Shown here: positions 51,166 to 64,000 of the stretch, one piece after another
How positions within the stretch are numbered: position 1 is the first letter of the stretch
How the letters are laid out: the number at the start of each line of letters is the position of its first letter
Assembly: GCF_009914755.1 (NCBI RefSeq)
Contig: NC_060935.1
Reading direction: 5' to 3' (one strand)
From: the human T2T-CHM13v2.0 reference genome, Homo sapiens
DNA: 64,000 nt
The notes under the pieces: generated by a model
Seen by the model: the letters and a program-made list of their open reading frames with translations, nothing else
Told to the model about the DNA's origin: nothing
The model's database searches: none
Made by a program: the position numbers and the translations under genes

Positions 51166-51289
51166 AAGAGAGAGGATGAGGTTACTAAAAAAAGAAAGCT
51201 AGCATTCAAGATAAAATAGATTTAGATTCATATTTATCTACATCATCATTTGACAAAAAATTATTCATGATCTACCATGTACCAGACAC

Positions 51290-51770
51290 TGTTCTAGCCA
51301 CCCAGAGGTTTGTCCTTAGCCTCTTCTTTTCCCATACTACATCCCAGGAGATACCATTCATTTTAAAGGCTACAATTCTGAAATCCATATGTCCAGCCTT
51401 ACCTGCTTTCTGAGCTTCTAACTCACGTGTCTATCTGGTTCCTGGACATCCTCATTTGGAAATTTTATAATTCAACTCAAAGTCAGCCTGTTGAAAAACA
51501 AATCATCATTTGTAAAACCATCGTCAGTCTGAATCTGCTTTTCTTCTGATTCCCTATCTTAGGGAATTTATGGCATCAGCAACCTCCCAGGAACTCAGGG
51601 CAAACATCTGGGAATTTTCTTTGACTTGTCTTCCTGGGAATCAGTTCAATGCAGCAAAAAGTTTAGTCTATTCTATTACCTTAGAGCATCTAAAATTTGG
51701 CAACTGCATTCACCTATTTATTCATACTGCATTTGTTCAATCCCTTTTTGGACCAGAACCTGTCCTAGAT
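51290..51770 (+). mobile_element. L2 relic
   Basis: tccagccttacctgctttctgagcttc...ggacatcctcatttgg; related sequence at 50570-50760. Confidence 0.6.
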
Positions 51771-52019
51771 TCTAATATGTGAGGTGGTAGATATGTTAAT
51801 TGGGTTGATTGTTGAAATCATTATGCAAGGTATACATATATCAAACATCAAGCTGTATACCATGTATTTTATACACACACATACACAAGCACACACATGT
51901 ATATATACACACACATATATATACACACACACATATATACACACACATAATATATACACACACAATGTTTTCTTTATCAGTCATACCTCAATAAAGCCAC
52001 AGATTAAAAAATAAATCGA

Positions 52020-52316
52020 TAACTTCTCAAACTATTTGTGGTAAAGGATCTTGTTTCTTTTTCAAAATTTTTAATCAGTCATGGGTAGATTCTTTTGAAA
52101 ACTACAATGAAAATCAATTACCAAACTAATAAAATGAAAAGGGACATACAAAATACAAGTTTAAATCTTTCATTATTAGACTCAGTAAATATAAAATTCC
52201 TCATCAAATTGTTATAAAAGGTTTAAAATGCTTCTCTCAATCTGTATGTATTATGTTGCAGACTGATAAAGTTTGTAAATTGGTGTCATCCATGGACTAC
52301 ACTTTGAATGGTACTG
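52020..52316. mobile_element. hAT-Charlie-type DNA transposon relic
   Basis: cttctcaaact at the left end and ccatggactacactttgaatggtactg at the right end. Confidence 0.5.
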
Positions 52317-52359
52317 AGGAGAAAGAGCCTGATTTCTTTTCATTTTTTAAAACTATAGG

Positions 52360-53187
52360 TTAAACAACAATAAAATACCATTGTACACCTATTAAAATGG
52401 CCAAAATATGAAACACTCAGAACAACAAATGAATGAGACACAGGAACTCTCATTCATTGCTGGTGGGAAAGAAAAATGGTACGGCCACTTTGAAAGACAG
52501 CTTGCCAGTTTTTTAATAAGCTAAACATATTCTTACCATGTGATCCAGCAACCATGCTCCTTGATATTTACCCAAAGGGGATGAAACCTCATGTCCACAC
52601 AAAAACTTGTACATAGATGTTTATAGCAGCTTTATTCATAATTGCCAAATCTTGGAAGCAACCAAGATATCCTTCTGTAGGTGAATAGATAAATAAATTC
52701 TGGTACATCAGGAATACAGACAATGAAATATTATTCAGCACCAAAAAGAAATGAACCATGAAGCCATGAAAAAGTAACATAAAAAAGAAAACTTTAAAGT
52801 TATATTAATAAGTAAAAGAAGCTAATCTAAAAAGGGTACCTATGGTATGATTTCAACCATATGACATTCTGGGTAAGATAAAACTACTGTAGTAAAAAAA
52901 TCAGTGGTTGCCACTGTGTATGATACTACTATGACAGATTCATGTCATTACTCATTTGTCTAAACCCATACAATGTACAATACCAAGAATGAACTCTAAC
53001 GTGAACTATGGACGTTGAGTGATTATCATATGTCAATGTAAGCGTACCCACTGTAACAAGTATGATATTCTGTTAGAAGATATTGATAACTGGGGAAGCA
53101 ATTCATATGTAGGGGAAGAGAGTATATGGGAAATCTCTGTAACTTCGCTCCATTTTGCTGTGATCCTAAACCTGTTCTAAGGAAATA

Positions 53188-53189
<2 letters not shown>
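52360..53189 (+). mobile_element. L1MC-like 3' end
   Basis: caggaactctcattcattgctggtggg...atatgggaaatctctgta...aaataaag. Confidence 0.8.

Positions 53190-53227
<38 letters not shown>
53190..53227. repeat. (TG)n microsatellite
   Basis: Pure GT run at the L1 tail. Confidence 0.95.
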
Positions 53228-53228
<1 letters not shown>

Positions 53229-54962
53229 GCCATGAATTAATGCTTAAACTGAGAAATCAAATAGTAGATGAGCATATAAATAGAAAAATCAGGATTCCTG
53301 TTTTCCCTATTCTCAAGTGTCTTTCAAGAGTTTGTGTATTATTTGTGTTACTTCAGAATTTTCCATATATTTTCAAGCATATTTATTTCTATATAAAAAG
53401 ATGAGATTGTAGAATGCATATTCTTCTATAATTTGCTTTTTTATTTAATTAAACATTTTGATAACAGCTTTATAAAGACATAAAGATCTTCTTTCTTTTA
53501 AAATGCTGGACAATATTAGACTGACCCGCAGAAAATTGCCAATATTCAATTGCTTTTCACCTACAAAATGGCTATTTCAAATGGTTCAATGTTATATTTT
53601 ATTATGTGACCACACTATGATTGGCTTGGACAATCCTATACTGATGGATATTTTGGTTGATTTCAGTATTTTATGTGTAACATCTTTACAAACTTTGAAT
53701 TAATACCACTTCTGTCACATTCCTGGGCATGATAAAGAGAACAGTTTTTTTCTAAATGTTTACATTTTTATCAGAAACTAGAAACACAAATAGAATGGAT
53801 TTAAATATGTATATAAGCATATATATATATGCTTAGGTTGATCATTAGCCTTGAGGAGCCTAGATCTTATCACTATTGAAAGAATAATATTAATATTATG
53901 CAGTTCTAAAGCACATTGTAGTCACAAACTAATTGTTTCACATGTATAAATGCAAATTACTTCAAGTATCAGAGGAAGTAGTCATAAAGTTCATCATCAT
54001 CAGCTCATATAGAAGAAAGACTAAAAATATCTCTATGCAGGCAGCAAAACCTGGTAAATAACTAGCAATAAAGATTATCTGTAATATCAGCTTTAATATT
54101 TGTTTGCTACCAATGAAATGGTCCAAAATAAATATCTGAGAAAATGGCAAAACATGATATTTCCTATTTAAAAACAGCAGCTGGAAGAATGTGTTTATTA
54201 TATGAGCAAAATTGAACTGAAGGAATTTATAAAGTTCATATCTTTCAAACTACAAGACCTAGATCTCAAGGCACTTGAGAAACACATGTCTAATCAGAAC
54301 TTGATTTTTATTATCCCAACTTTTTCTCTCCACTTCATGGTGACATAGCTAACACTTGCTTTTTATTCTCTATGCAACAAGACAAAAATTAAAGTTTTAG
54401 TAAAATGGCTGGAAGTTAACCAGTTTCCAATTTTTTGAGGTTCCTTTTATTTTTTTGAAATCAAATAAGTACTGGAAAAAATCATCTTTTTTGTTATGCG
54501 ATTGTCTTAAGAAGAAAGCATCATTGAATCTACTTGGCACCTGATAGACTTTCTTTTGTAGGTAGATTTTAAGTAAAAATGAAAGACATTCGCAGGACCC
54601 AAAGTTCAGTATTTTCCATTTCCCATCGTTAAAAATGAAAAAAATCTATTTCGAAATTGTTAAAACATGTGCTGATTGTCTTGGGTCATAAATGTTTACG
54701 CTCTTAACCCAGCAGCTGCTAACTCAAGGCTTTGTTCACCCTATTTGCAATTTTTGCATTCAAATTATTCAGGACATTTTGAAGCTATATTGTGAAAATA
54801 TTGTCACTGTGATGTTCAGTCATGATTCTAACAATCAGAAGACATTGAATTTTTGAATAATAGCTTGTTAAATAAAGAAAATTGAAAACTACATTGTTAT
54901 TCAGAGTTACCAAAATTATTTTAAGAGTCACAGGAAATGCAGTTGGCTCTGGCAGATGAAGC

Positions 54963-55449
54963 TTTTTTTGCCTTTTTATTTTTATTTTTATTTTATTTTA
55001 TTTTTACAGATTTAGGAGTTACAAGTGCAGTTTTGTCATAGGGATATATTGCGTAGTAATGAAGTCTGGGCTTTTAGTGTATGTATAACCCAAAGAGTGA
55101 ACATTGTTCCAATAGGTAATTTTTCAACCTTCACCCCCTTCTTACCATCCCAGCTTTTGGAGTCTCCCATGTTCATTATACCACTCCATATGTCCATATG
55201 TACCCATTGTTTAGCTCCCACTGATAAGTGAGAACATACAGTTCTGGTTTATTTCACTGAAGATAATGGCTTCTGGTTCCATCCATGTTGCTGCAAAGAA
55301 TATGATTTCATTCTTTTTTCTGGCTACGTAACATTTCATGGTGTATATATATATGTGTGTGTGTGTATATATATATGTGTGTATATATATATATGGCAAT
55401 ATACATAATGTGACATATATATGCAATGCTATATATATGTGTGTGTGCA

Positions 55450-55493
<44 letters not shown>

Positions 55494-55830
55494 GCATTTT
55501 ATTTATCCAGTCATCCATTAATGGAGACACTTAGATTGATTTCATGACTTTGCTATTGTGAATAGTGCTGCAAGGACATGAGTATAGGTGTGATTTTAAA
55601 TATAATGATTTATTTTCCTTTGGCTAGATACCCAGTAGTAAGATTGTAAGATTGCTGGATTGAATGGCAGTTATATTTTTAGTTCTTTGACAAATCTCCA
55701 TGCTATTTTCTACAGAGATTGGACTAATTTACATACCCACCAACAGTGTATCAGTGTTCCTTTTTCTCCACATTCTTGCCAATATGTGTTGTTTTTTTGA
55801 CGTTTTAATGATAACTTCTGACTGCGGTAA
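54963..55830 (-). mobile_element. L1PB/L1MA 3' end with internal (TA/TG)n expansion
   Basis: acaagtgcagttttgtcatagggatatattg...ccatccatgttgctgcaaag...cccaccaacagtgta. Confidence 0.85.
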
Positions 55831-55949
55831 AGAAGCTTTGAAATTGCTCTACATCTAGGACATTATTGGTGAAGTTTAGGACTTGTGGATACTGAGAGTC
55901 ATGGTCTGAGTGGTTCTTTCTCCTCCTCCTAGATCAGAGTGCAGATGCA

Positions 55950-56650
<701 letters not shown>

Positions 56651-58614
56651 AAGCTTTTGATTTCCTTAAAGATAAATATTACAAGGAAATAATGTAGGGC
56701 ATGCGATTATGGAAAAAAATAAGAAAAATAAAAAGAGGCACTAAAGATTGGGAAATGCTGATTCAATGCAAGTCCTAACTTTATTTATTTATAAAATATC
56801 TGAGGCCTATAAAAGTTACTTGTCATAATATATAACTAGATAGCAACAAAATTAGAAAAAGAACAAGATCTGCGGCATCTATCTTTGATTGTAAGCTTTA
56901 TGTGGTCATGGTTGTTAACTATCTTTTGCAGGATCCAAAAGCACTACATTCATGATTAGCACTTATTGTTTTTATTTTCATTCAATAACTGCACTTTCCA
57001 TATTTAAAGTTCAGATTATTCAAGGATTTCATGATGCAAAGCTTTATCTTTTAATTTTCTACATGTTTCAGACCATAGAGGAGAAGGTTGAAGGTAGCCA
57101 AGAGCAGTGTTAATTAGTCCCTTTATTTTAGTTAGAGGCAGAAAGGAAAATCAGTCCTAGACAGGCTATAACAGGATAATCGCATGGCATATAATTCTAT
57201 GTATATTTTTCCCAGACCTGGGATAACGCAAAGAAAATGAGAGGAATAGAAGGTGGTATAGCTGCAATAAATCACAAAGGAATAAAAGTCAACGTATTTC
57301 ACTTTTAATACTGGCTCTAACAAGTTGGACAAATGTTCTCTAGGTCTCCATTTTATTTTCTTTTAAATATAAAAAAAAAACGGAAAGGAGAAATGTAAGG
57401 TTCCATCATTTATTTCAATCTTAGAAGGTTTTGTCTATCATAAAAAGAGAAATATGAGAATTTTACTTATTTCTTTCTTATTTTTAGATCCTAGAGTATT
57501 GAAACAACATTAGATGTATAAACTAGTGGTCTCAAAGGATTGTGAAATTGAAGAGAGAGCAATAAAATTAGCAGATCAAAAAAGAGAAGATTTTAAATAT
57601 TAAATAGAACCTCAGTAAGACAATATCAAAAGATGTAACATATTTATAAGTGATGTTCCAGAGGGAGAGAGGAAAAATAATTGGGTTGAATATTTTTTAA
57701 AACATGTGGCTGGATTTACCAAATGGGTAAAAAATATCTAATTACAAATCCAAGAACATCAAAAAATCATAGCAGAAAAATATTTTTTAGAATAACTACA
57801 TCTAAGTACATTATAATCAAAACTCAAAATATCAAAATTTTTAAAAATCCTAAAAAGAATCAGAGAAAAAGGACATATCACATGCAGGAGAATAATAAAA
57901 TAATTGTTACTATCTTCTTGTCACATGTTTTCCAGTTAGAAAAACATGAAACACCCCCTTTAATGTGTTGTGGGAAAGAAATATACAGACCCAGAATACT
58001 ATGACCAGTGAAAAACATTCTTCAAAAATTAGGTAGAACGAGAGACATTTTCAGATAAATTTAAGTTAAAAAATTTGTTGCCAATAACTTAGCACTACAA
58101 AAAAATATGAAGTGAAAATTTCAGATAGAAAAGTATGGTACATTGAAAAAAAATCCTCAGATCTATATAGATTAAAGAGCACTGAAAATGATAAGTAGGT
58201 AAGCAAATAAAAAGATCACCTTTCTATGATTTCTTAAATTTCTCAAAAGATAACTGAATGTTTAAAACAAAAATAACATTTTATATGGACATGTATATGA
58301 TAATATATAAAATATTGGCAACATATGATGACATATTACAAAACAGAGGGTTAAATTAAGAAGAATAATACAAAATGTAACATGACTGTAATGATCTAAA
58401 AATGATATTGTAAACCTTAAAGCCATCTAAGCATCATTACTAAAAACCAGTAAAGGAAATAAATGGATTATTTAAAAGTGCTTGATTACTTCAAAAGAAT
58501 CCAAGAAAAAAAGAACAGAGAATGGCACAATTAGAAAGAAAATAGCAAAATTTGAAACTCAAAACCAGTCATTTCAAAAATTACATTGGATATTAAGTGA
58601 TTAAATACATAAAT

Positions 58615-59985
<1,371 letters not shown>

Positions 59986-60040
59986 TTTAAAAAAACAATA
60001 CTCCAAGAGAATGTAAATATATTCTTTGTAATGTTTGTTT

Positions 60041-60220
60041 CCTCCCGAGTAGCTGAGACTACAGGCGCCTGCCACCATGCCTGGCTAATTTTTTTGTATT
60101 TTTAGTAGAGAGGGGGTTTCACCGTGTTAGCCAGGATGGTCGTGATCTCCTGATCTTGTGATATGCCCGCCTCGGCCTCCCAAGGTGCTAGGATTACAGG
60201 CGTGAGCCACCACGCCCGGC
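60041..60220 (-). mobile_element. 3'-truncated AluY-like fragment (left arm plus start of right arm, no tail)
   Basis: cctcccgagtagctgagactacagg...accgtgttagccaggatggtc...cacgcccggc. Confidence 0.9.
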
Positions 60221-61713
60221 TCCAAACTGTATTTTAACAAAAGTGATACAACTCTGTGTTGTCTACAAGAGACATAATATGCCTGTAGAAAGCATAAAGA
60301 AACTAGTGTAATTAACTTCAATCCAAGTAGACTTTAAATTAAAAAAATCATAGAGAAGGAATATATTTCATAATGAGAAAATTCCACAAGAAATATATAA
60401 CAACACTGAAGATATATGCAAATGATAATATCACTTTAAAACACATAAAGAAAAACTGACTGAAAAATAAAGGTAGAAAGAGACATATTCAGTTGTAATT
60501 GGGAATTTTAACATCCCTCACTAAGTAGTTAGTAAAACAGCTAGACAAAAAAATTTAGTAATAGAATATTTGAAAAATACTATAAATCGACTTGTAATTA
60601 CAATTTGTAGAACATGACATCCAATTATTGAAGAATACATAATTTAAATTTACATTGAATGATAACAAGGATACACCTTATGACCGGAAATAAAATGTGT
60701 CACTCAACCTTATATGACTAAAATTGTAGTATTTCTGATCACAACAGAATTAAAGTAGAAACCATTAGAAATATCCAGAAAATCTACAAATATTTAAAAG
60801 GTAACACAATTGAGTATAACTTATATGTCCAAAAAAACTAAATAGAAACCATAGTTTCAACTAAAAGACAATAAAGTTATACCATATCAAAATTTATAGA
60901 ATACAGCTAAAACAGTGCTTACAGAGAAATGTGCAGCTTTATATCCTCATATTAGTAAAGAAGAAAGTCTCAAAAATAAATACCTACATCTGGCAAAATA
61001 AATGTAAGCTAAATTCATATTAAATTTAAGGAAGCAAATAACCATGGTCAGAGTAGAGAACAATAAATTAGAAAACAAACAGAAGAAAAAATTAGTGCTA
61101 AAAGTTGCTTACTTTATCAGATATGTAAAATTGAAAAAATAAAGAGAAGGTACTGCTAGACATTTTACACATATTAGAAGTACAACATGTAATACACAAA
61201 CAAATGTATGCCAATAAATTTAACAATTTAGAAGACATGGATTAAATAACTGAAAAACAAAACTTTTCAAAACTCAGGAAAAATGAATAAATCTGAATAT
61301 ATTTATACATCATAAAGAAATGAAATTCTTAATCCAACATCCTTTCACAAAGAAAATTTCAAGCCCAGATTGTTTTTCAGGCTAGTTCTGTTACACATTT
61401 TTTAAAGTGTAATCGTAAACTTTAATCTTTTATCAAATACTGGAGGATAAATCCCTCATTGATTTATTTTATGAAGGCAACATTACCCTAAAGCCAAAAT
61501 ACGATTAAAACATTACAAAAAATAGAGCAATACCCTTATGAATGTAGACACGTATATAATAAAGGGAATGATAAATAAATCAAATTCAGTAATACATAAA
61601 TAGAATAATATAATATCACTAAGTAAAATTTAAAAACTTAAAAATCAGTGTAATTAATTAATAATATAAAAGAGAATACCCATAGGATCATTTCCATAGT
61701 TGCAAAAGATGTG

Positions 61714-63048
<1,335 letters not shown>

Positions 63049-63859
63049 TAACAAATATTTTTGTCAAAACTCATTTGATTTTACTCCTAAAGTGAGTGCA
63101 TTTTGTTGCATATAGATTTTATTTTAATTAAAAAATACTTTAAATATGTATTTCTCATTGCATACAATACAGGTTGGCTGGAATCTCAAACCTATGTTAT
63201 GTTACTCTTTAACCCCAGCTGATAGAATAGGTGTCATTGGAATGTTGCTAATTGCTGGAGATAAGTAAAAAAAAAAAAAGATATAGCAAAACTTTCATGG
63301 CTCATAAAACTAACTTCATGGAAGAAAAACATATAATGTTTGTTCATATCTTGTTGAGCAAATGTGGTAGGTAGAATTTTAACCCCATTCCCAGGATTTC
63401 CCCTAAGATTTCTAAACTTAATCCTTGGGAATATAAATATGATGATACATCACATTTATGATTATGTCACATGACAAAAACGTATGTTGCCATGTGACAT
63501 GAAATCCTACTATATGTCTAGAAACAGGAGGACCAGATTACTTGTCAACAATACTAATGACTATAAAACATCTTTATATAAAATATCTTCTCCAGATGAC
63601 AACATGCATATATTTTCTCCATTTTGTTATTCATTTATTGGATTATGTATTCCTTTCTCCTTGAAAACCCTTTCTGCTGCTTCTAACAATTTAGTGTCAT
63701 TATCTCCTCTCGGGGGAATTTGGTGCTCAATTGTTTAAAAAGGGCAGTCAGTGCTTCTTGGCAGCAGAAAAATTAGGAAGGCTATAACTCTGAATATTAA
63801 ATTAGGACACTGAGGATATTTTTAACAAGTGTACTTTCCATTCAGCTAAGCCAAAGTTT

Positions 63860-64000
63860 GATGCATTTTTTTCTGTAAAGGTGCAGATAGTAAATATTTT
63901 ATGCTTTGCAGGCCATATGGTCTTTGTTGTACCTACTCAGCTCTGCCATTGTAGCTTGAAAGCAGTCATAGACAATATGTTAACAAATGACCATGGCTGT
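63860..64000 (+). mobile_element. MER58A hAT MITE (runs off the window)
   Basis: ttttctgtaaagg...cagatagtaaatatttt...ctactcagctctgccattgtagc. Confidence 0.85.

Overview
AT-rich, repeat-dense primate DNA, almost certainly human because it carries a near-consensus AluYa5. It reads as intergenic or deep-intronic: I recognise no cellular coding exon, and most listed ORFs are repeat-derived. The standout is a ~4.35 kb HERV-H element (45791-50141) that is not a normal provirus. It has the structure of the viral mRNA (R-U5-PBS-gag-pro-pol-env-PPT-U3-R-tail), a perfect 17-bp target-site duplication (TSD) at an L1-endonuclease-type site, an extra 5' G and an LTR7Y-like U3. That makes it an L1-retrotransposed processed copy of an HERV-H transcript. 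The window also holds an older ERV1 remnant with a readable env TM region, a full THE1C element, two twin-primed L1 inversions (one with an apparent target deletion), a long L2 relic reaching its endonuclease domain, many Alu/MIR/MaLR/DNA-transposon relics and several small template-switch duplications. Subfamily names come from my memory of consensus sequences, not from a search, and boundaries of old repeats are approximate.
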